Positions 27,965 to 42,750 of a DNA stretch of 64,000 bases are shown piece after piece. How positions within the stretch are numbered: position 1 is the first letter of the stretch; each line of letters starts with the position of its first letter. The stretch is from assembly GCF_009914755.1 (NCBI RefSeq), contig NC_060942.1. One strand, 5' to 3'. The stretch comes from the human T2T-CHM13v2.0 reference genome, Homo sapiens. The notes beneath the pieces are model-generated. The model had not been told where the DNA came from, searched no databases, and worked only from the letters and a program-made list of their open reading frames with translations. The translations under genes and the position numbers were made by a program.

Positions 27965-28922
27965 TCTAGGTGATAGATGTTGAGATTATTTCTACTTTTT
28001 GGCTATTATGTATAATGATGTTATAAACAAGTGTGTTCATGTATTTGAACATGTTTTTCTCTCTCTTGGGTAGATATCTAAAGGCAGACTTGCTAAGTTT
28101 TATGTCAAGCATCGATTTCATTTTTAATAAGCTGCTATAACTGTTTTTCAAAATGGCTGTACCATTTTCCCTTCTACCAATAATGCATGAAGGTTTGTGT
28201 CCCCAAAATCACCAACAGTTATGTCAGCTGTTTTGATGTTAGCCATTCTAACCGAGTTTAGCTCGTTATAGTTTGTAGTTCCTTAAAGAGTAACAATATT
28301 GAGTATTTTTAATGTACTTTCTTTTGCCCTTAGTGTATCTTCATTGCTGAAGTTTCTATCCAACTATGTTGCCCATTTAAACAAATTGGGATGTTTGTCA
28401 TCTTATTACTGAATTATAAGAATTCACTGTAAATTCTGGATACAAGTCCTTCGTCAGTTATATATATTGAAATTTTTTTATCAGTCCATAGCTTTTCATC
28501 TTGCAACTCTTTTGAACAGCAAAATTTTTCAATTTTGATGAAGTTCAATTATCAATGTTTTCTTTTATTGATTTTGCTTTTGGTGGTATAACTAAGAAAT
28601 ATTTGCTTAACCCCAGTTCAGAAATATTTTTCTCCTAAGTTTTCTTATACAAATTCTATAGTTTCTGTTCTTACATTTAAGTCTATGATTCACTTAAAGT
28701 TAATTTTTGTGCACAGCATGATTTAAGAGTCAAATCTTAATTTTTGTATATGAATATCCAATTTGTTGAAGACTGTCCATTCTCCATTAAAGTACCTTGG
28801 CATCTTTGTCAAATGAATTGATCATAAATGTGTGTTTATTTCTAGACACTCTAATCTGTTCCATTGATCTACATGTTTATTCCTGTGCATATACCATAGT
28901 GTCTTTTATTACTGTGGCTTTT
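27965..28922 (-). mobile_element. Old L1 (L1MB/MC) ORF2 3' region
   Basis: 'ttttcaaaatggctgtaccatttt', 'ttctggatacaagtcctt', 'cttacatttaagtctatgattc', 'ctgttccattgatct'. Confidence 0.85.
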
Positions 28923-28924
28923 AA

Positions 28925-29511
<587 letters not shown>

Positions 29512-32500
29512 CAGGAAATACTGGCAGAAACCTCAAATCTGGAGAAGAAAATGAGCATCCAGATTCAGGAAGCCCAAAGAAACCCATATAAGATGAATTT
29601 AAAAAAGAACACACACAAAAAGACATCAAGTTGTCAAAAATCAAGGTCAAAAGAGAATTTTGAAAGCAACAATGGAGAAGCAATTTGTCACATACAAGGG
29701 AACTCTGTTGAGACTATCAGTGGATTTCTTAGCAGAAACCTTGCAGGCCAGCAGACAGTGGGATGAAATAGTCAAACTGATGAAGAAAAAAACCCCAAAA
29801 TTCTCAACCAAGAATACTCTACCTGGCAAAGCTGTCTGTCAAAAATGGAGAGACAAAGACTCTGCTAAACAAACAAAGTTAAGGGAGTTCATCATCATTA
29901 GACCAGCCTTGCAATAAATGCTAAAGTGAGTTCTTCAAGTTAAAATGAAAGGATGCAATACAACAACACAATGGCATAAGAAAATATAAAACACATTTGT
30001 CAAGGTAAATATACAGACAAATACAGAATGCTGTATTATTGTAATAATGGTAAATCACTTTTAATTCTACTATAAAAGTTAAAACACAGAAGTATTAAAA
30101 GTAACTATAGCCTAAAAATATTAAAAGAGACAATATAAAGAGATACAAATTGTGGCACCAGTGAGATAAAATGTGAGGGATAAGTGTAGGTATAGTTTTA
30201 ATAAGCAATTGAACGTAAGTTGTTCACAGTTTAAATTAGACAGTTATAAGAAATTTTATGTAAGCCCCATGTCAACCATAAAGAAAATACCTATGGAAGT
30301 AACACAAAAGAAAAAGAGAAAGAAAGCAAAGCTTATCAGTTTTAAAAATAAATGAAACACAAAGACAGTAAGAGAGAAAAAGATAGACAAAATAACTACA
30401 AGGCAGACAGCAATGAACAAAAAGGCCATAGTAAATCTTTCCTGATCAATACTTCCTTAAAATGTATAAATATTCAAGTTCCCAATCAAGATACAGAGTG
30501 GCTGAAGGATTTTTTTTAAAGATCCAACTATATGCTGTCTACAGGAAACTCAGTTTATATTAAAGGACACAGGCTAAAAAAATGTATGATAAAATATATT
30601 TCATGAAAATAGTAACCCAAAGAGGGTAGATGTGGCTTTACTTATATCTGATAAAATAGTCAAAATTGTCACAAGAAACAAGAAGTATATAATCCAATGA
30701 TAAAAGGACCAATTCACTTGGAAGATATAACAATTATAAATATATATGCATCCAACAAGAGAAGACTTAAATATATAAAACAAGCATTGATAATACTGAA
30801 GGGAAAATAGTGCTGCAATAATAGTAGGAGATTTTAGCACTCCATTTTCAATAATTGATAGAAAAACAACCAGATAGTAAACTAACAAAGAAGCAGTGGA
30901 CACAAACAACTCTATACATCAAAAGGACTTAACAAATCTCTACAAAACATTCCATTCAACAGCAAAAGAATTGTCATTCTTCTCAAGCACATACAGGACA
31001 TTTTTCAAGATCGATCATGTTAAGTCACAAAACAAGTTTTAACAAAGTTAATAATATTGAAATAATACCAAGTACCCCTTCAACCAAAATGTAATAAAAC
31101 TAGAAATAAATAACAATAGGAAAACCGAAAACGTTGCAAGTATGTGGAAATTAAATATACATTTTTGAACAACCAATGGGTCAAAAAAGAAATCCAAACA
31201 AAACATATCTGGAAACAAATAAAAATATAAATAGAACTTAACAAAATTTTCTGAATGCAGCAAAAGAAGTACTAAGAAGGAAGTTTACAGTGACAAATGC
31301 CTATGTTAAAAAAGAAGAAAGGTCTCAAATAAAAAACCCCATTGTATATCTCAAGGAAATTGAAAAATAAGAGCAACTAAATCCAAAGCAGACTAAAGGA
31401 AATAATAAAGATTATAGCAGAATAAATAAAATGAAGAAGAGAAAAACAATAGAAAATCAATGAAACTAAGAGTTGGCTTTTGAGAAGATAAAATTGAAAA
31501 TATTAAGCTAGAGTAACCAAGAAAAAAGAGAGAAGACTCACATAAAATCAGAAAACAGAGAGAATACATTACAACTGATACCACAGAAATGCAAAGGATT
31601 ATAAGAGATTACTATTAACAATTATACACCAGAAACCTGGGAAACCTAGAAGAAATGGATAAATTCTTGGAAACATACATCCTACCAAGACTGAATCATG
31701 AAGAAATAAAAAGTCTGAACAGGCCTTTAACTAGTATGGATATTTAATCAGTAACCAGAAATCTTCCAACAAAGAAAAGCTCAGGACCAAACACCTCACT
31801 GATGAATTGTATGCAACACTTGAAGAATTCATACCAATTTTTCTCAAACTCTTCCAAAAAATTGATGAGAAAGAAACACTTCCAAACTTATTTTATGAGG
31901 CCAGAATTACCCTGATAAAAAAACTAGACAAAGCCACCACGACAAAAGAAAACTACATGTCAATATCTCTAATGAATATAGATGCAGAAATCATCAGCAA
32001 AATATTAGCAAACCAAATTCAACAGCACATTAAAAGAATCATTCACCATGACCAAGGGGGATTTATCCCCAGGATGCAAGGATGATTCAACATATGCAAA
32101 TTAACAAATGTGATACATCACATTAAAAGAATGAAAGATGAATAAAAGCCATATGATCATCTCAAAAGACATAAAAGAGAATTTGATAAAATTCTACAAA
32201 TTTTTATGATGAAAACTCTCAACAAACTAGGAACAGAAGAAAAGAACCTCAATATAATGAAGGCTATATATGAAAAGCCCTCAGCTAACATTATGCTCAA
32301 TAGTGAAAAGTTGAACACTGTTCCTCTAAGCTCAGTAAAAAAGCAAGGAAGCCCACTCTTGCCACTTCTATTTAACATAATACCAGAAGTCCTAGCCACA
32401 ATTAGGCAAAAAAGAAATAAAAGTCATCCAAATTGGAAAGGAAGAAGTAAAATTATCTCTATTTGAAGATGACATAATAATATATATAGAGAAAACCCTA

Positions 32501-33091
32501 AAGACTCGACCAAAAAATATTAGAACTATTAAATGAATTTAGTAAGTTGCAGGATACAAAATCATCACACAAAAATCAGTGGCATTTCTATACACAAACA
32601 ATAAACTATCCATAAGCTAAATTAAGAATTCAATACTACTTATAACTAGCAACAAAAGGAATCAAATAGTTACACATAAGCTTAACCAAAAAAGTGACAC
32701 TTTTACACTGAAAATTATAAAACATTGATGAAGGAAATTAAAGAAGACAGATAAACGGAAAGACATCCTGTTTTCATGGATTGGAAGAATGCATATTATT
32801 AAAATATCCATATTTCCTATAGTGATCTACAGATTCAGTGTAATCCCTATCAAAATCTCAGGGCCTATTTTTTTATATTAACAGAAAAAACAATCCTAAA
32901 ATTCACATAGAACCACAAAAGACCATGAATAGCCAAAGCAGTCTTGAGAAAGAAAAACAAACCTGGAGGCACATAACACTTCCTAATTTCAAAATATGTT
33001 ATAAGTATACAGTAGAAAAATTATACTACAGGCATGAAAACAGACATATAGGCTGATGGAACATAATGAAGAGCTCAGAAATAAATTCATG

Positions 33092-33451
33092 TGCATTAGT
33101 CTGTTCTCATGCTGCTAATAAAGACCTACCCAAGACTGGGTAATTTATAAAGAAAAGAAGTTTAATTGACTCATAGTTCCACTTGGCTGGGGAGGCCTCA
33201 ATCATGGCAGAAGGTGAAGGGGAAGCAAGTCATGTCTTACATGGCAGCAGGCAAGAGAGTTTGTGCAGGGGAACTCCCCTTTATAAATCCATCAGATCTC
33301 ATGAGATTTATTCACTGTCACAAGAACAGCACAGGAAAGACGCACCCCATGATTCAATTACTTCCCAGCAGGTCCCTCCCACGACATGTGAGAATTATGG
33401 GAGGTACAATTCAAGATGAGATTTGGGTGGGAATACAGCCAAACCACATCA
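33092..33451 (-). mobile_element. THE1 (B/C) solo LTR
   Basis: tgcattagtc...aaaccacatca, with perfect 5-bp TSD TCATG (33087-33091 / 33452-33456). Confidence 0.95.
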
Positions 33452-34175
33452 TCATGCATCTATAGGGTTAACTGATCTTCAGCAAAGGTGTCAAAAACAC
33501 ACAATGGGGAAAGATAGTCTGTTCAACAAATGGTGGTAGGAAAATTGAATGTCCATATGTGAAAAATAAGAAACTGGATCTTTATCTTACAATGTACACA
33601 AAAAAGTCAACTCAAAGTGGATTAGAGATTTAAGCATAATGCCTAAAACTATAAAACTTACAGAAGAAAACGTAAGGCAACATTGGTCTTGCCAATGCTT
33701 TTATGGATATGAAATGAAAAGAAGAGGCAAAAAATGCAAAAGTAGACAAACAGGACTATATTAAACTAAAAAGCTCCTGCACAGCAAGTAAAATAATCAA
33801 CAAAATGAAAAGGCAATTTATGGAGTGGGAGAAAACATTTGCAAACCATATGTCTGATAAGGGGTTCATTTCCAAAATATACAAGAAAAGTAAACAACTC
33901 ATTAGCAAGAAAACTAATAACTTGATTTTTAAATGAGCTAAAGACTTGAATACACATTTTTTTAACGAGGACATGCAAGGGACCAAAGCATATATGAGAA
34001 GATACTCAATGTTACTAACCATAGTGAGATATTACCTCACACCTGTCAGAATGGGCATTACAAAAAGAAGGGACATTTGTTCAATTGTTGGTGAAGATGT
34101 GGAGAAATGAGAACTCCTGTACACTGTTGGTGGGAATATTAAATGGAGCAGTTGGTATCAAAAACCAGTATGGCA

Positions 34176-34632
<457 letters not shown>

Positions 34633-35509
34633 AATTAAATATAGAATTACTATATGACCTAGCAATTCCACTTCTGGATATTTATTCAAAAGAATCAAAA
34701 TCAGGATCTCAAAGAGATACTAGCATTCCCATATTCATTTCAGTACTATTTACATTAGCCAAGAAGTAGAAACAACCTAAACGCTCATGGAAAGATGAAT
34801 GAATAAAACTGAGATATATGCATACAATGGTTATTATTTAGCCTTAGAAGAAAATTCTGCAAAATGCAACAGCATTGAATGAACTTTCAATGAACCTTGA
34901 AGACATTATGCTGAATAAAATAAGCTAGTCACAGAAGGACAAATGCTGCATGAGTTCACTTAAAGGAAATACCTAAAGCAGTCAAACTTAGAATCACAGA
35001 GTAGAATGTTGCTTTCCAGGGACTTACGGGGAGAGAGACAGAGTTGCTAATCAGTGGGCATAGAACCTCATTTATACAAGATGAATGCATTCTAGATATC
35101 TGCTATACAACATTGTGCCTACAGCTAACAATACTGTATTGTACGCTTAAAAATTTGTTAAGATGATAGATCTCAGGTTAGGTGTTCTTAGCACAATAAA
35201 TATATTTTTTAAAAGATCCAAAATTTAAATGCTTAGCACATGGGGGTTTATTTCTCATTCCTTCTACATGCACATCATGAATTGGCTAGAAGCTTTAATC
35301 CAGGCATCCATATTCACAGGTTGATAAATAGCCGTCATTCCAAATTTGCCTAACTGTGTAAGAGAGAAGTGGCAAATAGACACAGTTTCTTAAAACTTTC
35401 ACTAATAGTGATGTAAGTCGCTTCTACTCACATTCCTTTATCCAAAGAGGAGATGGGGGGAAAGAGTGCAACCATATCATGTTCCTAGAAAGAAAACCAG
35501 AAATATTTT

Positions 35510-35761
35510 TTTAAATTATTATTATACTTTAAGTTTTAGGGTACATGTGCACAACGTGCAGGTTTGTTACATATGTATACATGTGCCATGTTGGTGTGCT
35601 GCACCCATTAACTCATCATTTAGCATTAGGTATATCTCCTAATGCTATCCCTCCCCTCTACCCCCACCCCACAACAGTCCCTGGTGTGTGATGTTCCCCT
35701 TCCTGTGTCCATGTGTTCTCATTGTTCAATTCCTACCTATGAGTGAGAACATGCGGTGTTT
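35510..35761 (-). mobile_element. Young L1PA (about PA2-4) 3' end, 5'-truncated to ~250 bp
   Basis: L1PA 3'UTR; perfect 18-bp TSD 'gaaaaccagaaatatttt' (35492-35509 / 35762-35779). Confidence 0.96.
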
Positions 35762-35791
35762 GAAAACCAGAAATATTTTGTATGACCATAG

Positions 35792-36318
35792 TGCAATAGA
35801 CTGGATGTTTGCATCCTCCCAAAATTCGTATGTTGAAATCTTAACCCATTGTGTGATGGTATTAGGAGGTGAGGACTTCGGGAGGTGATTAGGCAGCCTT
35901 GAATCACAAACTTAGTGTCTCTTATAAAATCTGAAATGAGAAGTGAAAGTAAGTAAGTCAGTCCATTAGACTACAAATCTGTCTCCTACACTCCTAATAA
36001 AACTCTTTAGTGGAGAACACTTCTAAAGAGAGCAATACTCTGAATGGAGTTAGTGCCCTTATAATAAAAGAGATCCAAGAGCTCCCTCACCCTTTCTACC
36101 AGGTGAAGACAAAGTAAGAAGACAGGCCGTTTGTGAACGAAGAAGCAGTCCCTCACCAGACACCGGATCTGCCAGTGCCTGGATCTTGAATCTGCTGGTG
36201 CCTTGATCTTGGATTTCCCATTCTCCAGAATTGTAAGTAATACATTTCTGTTTATAAGCCATCTGGTATTTTGAACTGGGTGGTATTTTGTTAAAGCAAC
36301 CCGAACAAGTCTAAGACA
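35792..36318 (+). mobile_element. MLT1A-like LTR carrying a foreign ~145-bp insert
   Basis: 'tgtttgcatcctcccaaaattcgtatgttgaaatc...ggtattaggaggtgaggacttcgggaggtgattagg|...|tgaatggagttagtgcccttata...ctaagaca'. Confidence 0.88.
35894..36040 (+). repeat. Direct-orientation copy of 37267-37404
   Basis: Shared 'cattagactacaaatctgtctcctacactcctaataaaact(c/t)tttagtggagaacactt'; flanks align with a few substitutions and one ~9-bp indel. Confidence 0.95.
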
Positions 36319-37689
36319 ATTGTATTCTTTTCTTTAAAAGTATAAAATTCAACCAGTATTATTAATGTCCTTCAGTGGGATTCACAATTATAATAAGATT
36401 AAAATAAATGTAAGCATATAAGGTCAACGTAGTTATCTTACTACTCTTAGAGAATCAGTTGACAGAATTCAAGTCTGTGGCATTTCAGCAGCCCTGCCAG
36501 TTTGCAGATCCTTGAAGCCTCTTTGCTAAAACTAAGGAGACTCTCTTCCAGGAAGAGAAAGCTCTTGTTTGCCACAAAACACTCTTTGGGTATACGAATA
36601 TGTTTTCTTTTTAAAAACAAATAGCAAAGGTCGACTTAGGTCAACTTAGCTACCATTTTTCCAGTGAGAGAAATGATACTCTTAGAACACAAGTGACTTG
36701 CCCAAGATCGACTCCGGGTAACAGATTCCGATTCAAGCCCTTTGATTGAAACATCCAATACTCATGTTTTGTCTTGGAACACATATGCATTATTTAGGAA
36801 ATCACAGGACTCTGGGGAAGGGTAAGAAACGTAAGCACAGTTATAAGGATGTTGGGGAAATTAACAGTGGCTTTAAGTTTGCCAACTCTGGTTTAAATAT
36901 TTCTTGCATTAGGAATTTTTAAAAAAGCTCTGCAAAATTACAGTGTATTCATGTAATTTATCATCTTTTTTCTCCACCCTAATCATAGTTGTTAAATTTA
37001 TGTGCCTAAAATGCAGACCACTTTTGAGTGCAAGTTTGCTTGGCATATACCAAAAAGTGATCCAAATTGGATACAAGGCTAGGGAGATGCAGTTCGAGCC
37101 CACATTGCCATTTGCCTCACCAGCTGGCACTGTCTCACAAGATGCTACCAGATGAGCCTTCATGAGCCTTCTAAATCAACAGAGAAATTCAGAGTGGAGA
37201 TATCAAATATGCCATTACTGCTAAAAGCAAGAAAATGATATTACATACCTATTTGATACACTGAAACAGTCTTGAATCACCAATTGAGTATCTCTTACAA
37301 AAACTGGAATGAGAAGTGGAGTAAGTACATTAGACTACAAATCTGTCTCCTACACTCCTAATAAAACTTTTTAGTGGAGAACACTTTTAAAGACAGCAGT
37401 AGTCTTTTCTCCTCCATTTATAAGGACCCTCAATGTGTTTGGATAAAGGAGAGGGAGATAATGATGTACTAGGTAGAGACCTCAAAAAGAAAAAATGTGG
37501 CAGATCTGGGAACTGGTAAATAGAGGAAATGGTATCCTCTATTTAGCCACTTTGGCTAAAAACGCCACTCTTTCCAATCTATAATCCTAATTTCAGAACA
37601 TGGCACTCATCACACACCATCTTGAAATGTAACGATTGTTGTACCTGTGTCATTGTCCTTACCATAATAGTGTAATGAAAAGATGCATG

Positions 37690-37800
37690 ACTTAGAACCT
37701 GATCAGCCTGATTTGAATTTAAAACAACAAGTATCTGCATTGTCTTGAGTAACTTACTGATTTCTGTGGGTCTTGTTTCCTCATATGAAATAAGGCTAAC
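37690..37800 (+). mobile_element. MIR SINE fragment
   Basis: 'tcttgagtaacttactgatttctgtgggtcttgtttcctcatatgaaataagg'. Confidence 0.65.
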
Positions 37801-38422
37801 ATAGTTATCCCTCACAATCTATGGGGGTTTTGTCCCAGGACCTCCTTAAAATATCAAAATCCAAGAATGCTCAAGTCCTTTTTATAAAATTGCATGTTCT
37901 CACTTATAAGTGGGAGCTGAACAATGAGAACAGATGGACACAGGGAGAGGAACAACACACACTGGGGCCGGTTGAGGGGCTGGGGAAAGGGAGAGCATCA
38001 GGATAAATAGCTAATGTGTGCTGGGCTTAATACCTAGGTGATGGGTTGATAGGGGCAGCAAACAACCATGGCAGACATTTACCTATGTAACAAACCTGCA
38101 CGTCCTGCACATGTATCCCAGAACTTAAAATTAAATTAAATATTTTAAAAAAATTTTAAAAATTTAAAAAAATGCATCGTATTTGCATAAAACCTATGCA
38201 CATGCTCCCCATATAGTTTAAATCAACCCCAGACTTCTTATACTACCTAATATAATGTAGATGCTATGTAAGTAGTTGTTATTAATGTATTTTTAGGGGA
38301 TAATGACAAGAAGAAAAGTCTATGCATGCTAAGTACAATTGCAATTGTTTTTCCAGGTAGTTTTGATCCTTAGTTGGTTTAATCCATGAATGTGGAACCC
38401 ACAGATGCAAAGAGTCAATTGT
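37801..38422. mobile_element. MER2 (Tigger-type) DNA transposon split by an L1PA
   Basis: 'agttatccctc...atgggggttttgtcccaggacc...aaaatccaagaatgctcaagtcc' resumes after the L1 with 'tatttgcataaaacctatgcaca...ttggtttaatccatgaatgtggaacccacagatgc...caattg'. Confidence 0.88.
37892..38170 (+). mobile_element. L1PA (about PA10-13) 3' end
   Basis: 'gcatgttctcacttataagtgggagctgaacaatgagaac...cacatgtatcccagaacttaaa' plus A-rich tail; TSD approx. 'aaaa(t)tgcat'. Confidence 0.93.
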
Positions 38423-38999
38423 ACCTACATTTCAAGATTGCCAAAAAAAAATTAAATGAGTATATATATATATTTATGTATACATATATCATGTCTGGTA
38501 CATAATAGGAATATAATGACAAGTATTATTTTTATTGTTATCGTACAATTTTGAGACTTATGCAAAGGCTAGCAATTTTATAGAAAAGATAATAGAGTTT
38601 TTCTTGAAAGAATAATGAATGAATGAAGACATAAAAATACAGAAGTTATATAAAGAAATGCAGGCCATGTGCCATGCTAGCTCAGTAGGATGGCAGTACC
38701 ATGTGGGATCTGTAAAAGTTCAAATGCTGATGTCGTGCTTTGTTAATGAAAAAATAACAACTTTTTATTTTAAAATGTTTCTAAATAATAGCTCCCAGAA
38801 AATTTATGAATATTCATATTTTTGATAATTCATTTCACTCTTTCTTCAAATTTTCTCAGGACATAGATAAATACACATACAGCAAGGTCTTTTTATATTT
38901 AATATAAAAGTAAGATTTATGTTGCTTTTTGCTTCATAGTATTTCTCAGTTTGTAACTATAGTCTTATTTGTGTGAGTACTTGATTAATAATTTCTTAT

Positions 39000-39120
39000 T
39001 CTACTAGACTTAAAGCTCCATGAGGGCAGGGACTGGGTTGCTTTTGAATTATCTTGGTGGCGTAAGTTTTTGACACAGTGGCTTGTGCATAGTAGGTATT
39101 CAAAATAATGATTTGAGGAA
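39000..39120 (+). mobile_element. L2 3' end
   Basis: 'ctagacttaaagctccatgagggcagggact...cacagtggcttgtgcatagtaggtattcaa'. Confidence 0.8.
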
Positions 39121-39989
39121 CAGAAATTATCCTTTTCACTTCCTAAAAGTATGCCAAGAGGATCGACATTCTATATTTGGTTTTAGTTTTCATTTTAAAC
39201 AACTCAATTATAAAGGAATTGTGAAGAATTTATAATGGATTGTTTTAGACCATTTTAGACAATCAGATACTCCATTACTTGCATGTGTTAGAGAGCTTTT
39301 CAAAAATCAAGTGTCAGAGGTGGAAACCTAAAATAGCACTCTGCTTTCAACTAGTGATACTATACAGACTGTGCTCTGACTCAGCATCATATAGAATAAT
39401 CTCTCAGGATGCTCTTCCTTGCTCTAGTGGCACACTCAAAAAAGACACCAATGTTTATGGAAACTGGGATCAGAGCTAGCAACAGTCTTTGCTTCAGGCC
39501 ATATGTTCTAAATGCAGAAGAAAATTCCAAAAGTAAAAATTCCATTCCAGGATCCCTGGACTCAGCTATAATTATCCGCTCTTGACAAGTTCTGGCCTCT
39601 GACATCTGGATCAAGAATCATATGTGAAAGAAAAAAAAAAGTCTTAAAGAAGGTGTGGTTGGTTTTCAAGTAGAAGAGAACTTGTAGAAATGATTAAACA
39701 TCAAACTGCTGGTAAACACACATGCAAACACGGTTTTATCTGTTTACAAACAACCCTGAATATCCTTAATGTAGAATAATATTAATAGGATTAAAGATAC
39801 TCACTTCATACGACTATTTTAAGGAGGAAGTGAAATTATATACATAATGTACCAAGCCAAAATTGGAATCTGAATACCAGCTGATATGCAAGGTGAGTAC
39901 TCAATCAATGGGGAGTGAAGGAGTTGAGCCAATCACTCAAGAGCCACCTCAACCACTTGTATTCAAGAGCTGAAGATTAGTTTTCAGTT

Positions 39990-40495
39990 TAATCTTCTAC
40001 CTTCACATATATTCCAAATGTAATCACTTCCCATGACCTTTACCACTCCCATCTAGTGCTGGCTACCAGAATGTCTCCTTCAGACTTCTGTCTTTCCCTA
40101 GCCCTATCACCTCCCCTTACCTCTCTCACTTTACCTTCCCACCTACCACCTCCCAATTGGGTATATTATCCACAAAGCAGTCAGAGTGATCCTTTTACAA
40201 TAAAAATCTAATCTTGTCATTCCCCTACTCAAAGCTGTCCAACAACTTCCCCATTAAATCTAAATTCCTTGCCATAGCCAACAGTAGCTGGCCACTGACC
40301 TCACCAACCATCCTTTCTTAAACTTCACAATGGCTGATGTTATAGTTTATTTGATGATTACTTGTTTTATTTGCCCGAATGCAAGCTCCATGAGAACAAA
40401 GACAATATTTGTTTCATTATTCTACTCCCAGATATGTGCATTAGTGCACATAATAGGCACTTAATGACTGTTTATGGAATGAAAGGATGCATGAG
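39990..40495 (+). mobile_element. L2 fragments including the 3' end
   Basis: 'ccacaaagcagtcagagtgatcctttt...tcttgtcattcccctactcaaa' and 'gaatgcaagctccatgagaacaaagac...taggcacttaat...ggaatgaa'. Confidence 0.8.
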
Positions 40496-40662
40496 TATAT
40501 CTCATCCATATTTAATATCAGATATATCATTGGGAGATGAAGTCAGTAGAAAAAGAACTCCTAGTTACAGCTATAAGGAAGACAGAATACAGTTTTCAGT
40601 GGTAGAACAAAAGGAGTCAAAACAGGAATAAATGCAATGTAGAAACATAAATATAGGCAATA

Positions 40663-41302
40663 GTGTTATTAATTTTCAATTGCTGTTTAACAAATAACCA
40701 CAAACTTAGTAGCTTAAAATAGCACCCATTTATTAGCTCATAGTTCTGTAGGTCATTGCAGGCAAGCTTGACCAAATTCTCTCCTTAGGGCCTTACAAGG
40801 CCAAAATCAAGTTGTTGGCCAGGAGGGGCTCTTACCTAGAAGATCTGGGGAAGAATTCACTTCTAAGCTTCTTCTGGTTATTGGCAGGATTTAGTTCCTT
40901 GCAGTTGTAAGATGGAAATAGAAGCTTCCTTGCTTGCTATTGGCTGAGGCCACTCTCAGCTTGTAGAGGACACCCGCATGCTTTGCCATGTGACCCCTCC
41001 ACCTTCTAAGATAGCAGGGCCATGTTGAATCCATGTCTTACTTGGAATCTCTCTGACTTCCTCTTTTGCTGCCCACCAGAGGAAATTCTCTGCATTTAAA
41101 GGGCACAAATAATTGATTAGATTAGACCTACCTGGGCCTGATTAACTCCCTTTTGACTAACTCAAAGTCAACTGATTAGCAATATTAAGTACATTCATAA
41201 TAGCAGGCATGATAGCTCATTATACTCACAGTCTCAAAGATTAGGGCAGGAAATCTCGAAGTGGGGTGGGGCAGAGAGGCATTTTAAACTCTGCTTATCA
41301 CA
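40663..41302 (-). mobile_element. MLT1E-like LTR
   Basis: 'ttgctgtttaacaaataaccacaaacttagtagcttaaaatagcacccatttattagctcatagttctgtaggtca...ctgcttatcaca'. Confidence 0.85.
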
Positions 41303-41719
41303 AAAAGCTTATCCTAAACTAGATACCCCAAACTAGAACATTTAAAAGTGTTGCTCTTTGGGATCTCTTTCTTGCCCTTGACAATTAGCTTAAGACTCAT
41401 ATTTTCAATTTGGAAGCATTCGCATGTAACTTTTGCTTTTATCCTAGGAGCACAAACTTCACAGAGAGGCCTGCAGTCCACTGAGCTGAAAATCAAACCC
41501 ATAAACAAAATGTCATGCTATAAAGATTAGAGAGAAAAGACCAAATTTCCCTAGAACCTGTTCTCATTCTTATTTCCTGTAGTCATCAGGATCTTCTTGC
41601 ATAGAAAGAATGTGCAAATTCTCAACCCCTGGACACTGATTCTGTTTCCTACAAGCCGCAGTGTTATGCTTGTATTAATGTGCTGTATGGAAATACCATA
41701 TGCTTCCAGATTTTATTTG

Positions 41720-41915
41720 TGTAGTGCCTTCTAGTTTTCAAAATACTCTAAGATATTTAATCATCTCAACCCTGTAAAGTTGGGAAATAACTTTTTTCTC
41801 TGTTTTACAAATGACAAAATTGGTGCCCAGAGTGACTAAATAATTTGCAGTTCCATGAGAATTTACTGGCACACTTAGTACTAAAGTCCTAATTCCTAAA
41901 TCTGTGTTCTTTCAT
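41720..41915 (-). mobile_element. MIR SINE
   Basis: 'tcatctcaaccctgtaaagttggg...tgttttacaaatgacaaaattggtgcccagag'. Confidence 0.65.
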
Positions 41916-42529
41916 ATTCGAGACTAGAAGCAAGAATGTCAGTAGACAGAGTTCTGTCCAGAATTTCTTCCTTGGCTGGTGCCTGTTAATCTTGTGGGCC
42001 TGTCTGTTCTTGTTTATTGTAGGTAGCATTTAAGAAGAACCCCATGAAGTGTTTGGCTAGTGATCTCACTTCAGTGCCTGGGTTTTAGCACAGGGCAATA
42101 AAGGAAAACCCTCAGTGTAAAGGAGGAAATATAAGAGGAACTGCCCCTTGAATAGGAAGGAGGTATCCCAAGGAATAGCAAAAGGGACTCTCTCAGGATG
42201 CTGTCTCTGACTACAAGTAAAACAGTCCATTACAGGGTATCCGAGCCAGGGATGCAGGTGGTGGAGGTTCCAGCTTGCTCATGCAGCTGTGGCCTGCTAT
42301 GGTGAATTGAATCCACATCTAGGACCTATTGGAGCAGTTCTATAGCAAAAGGGGGAATGAACTAAATTACCTACTATCAGTAATACTCATCAGTAATACT
42401 GTTAAGAGAATTTGATTACAAAAGTCCATTCTCATCCACAATGATTAATTTCTTAATATGTAGCTTCCAGCCAACTTAAATAAGAAATAAATACTGTCTA
42501 TGTGCAGAATTACCAAATGATAAAACACG

Positions 42530-42750
42530 TACAGCTTAAGAGTACTGGCTTTGAGAGCAAACTGATTAGGATACCAGTTTCATATCCGTTGCTTATTAGC
42601 TACGTGACTGGGAAATTTATTTAACCTATCTGGGCTTTACTCTTCTCATTGATAAACTTGGAATGAGAATATTACCTACCTCAGAGAGTTCTTGTGAGGA
42701 TTAAAGCACTTTGCTCATAGTAAGCATAATTAAATGTTTGCTATTGTTAC
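42530..42750 (+). mobile_element. MIR SINE
   Basis: 'cttattagctacgtgactgggaaatttatttaacctatctggg...acctacctcagagagttcttgtgaggattaaa'. Confidence 0.8.
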
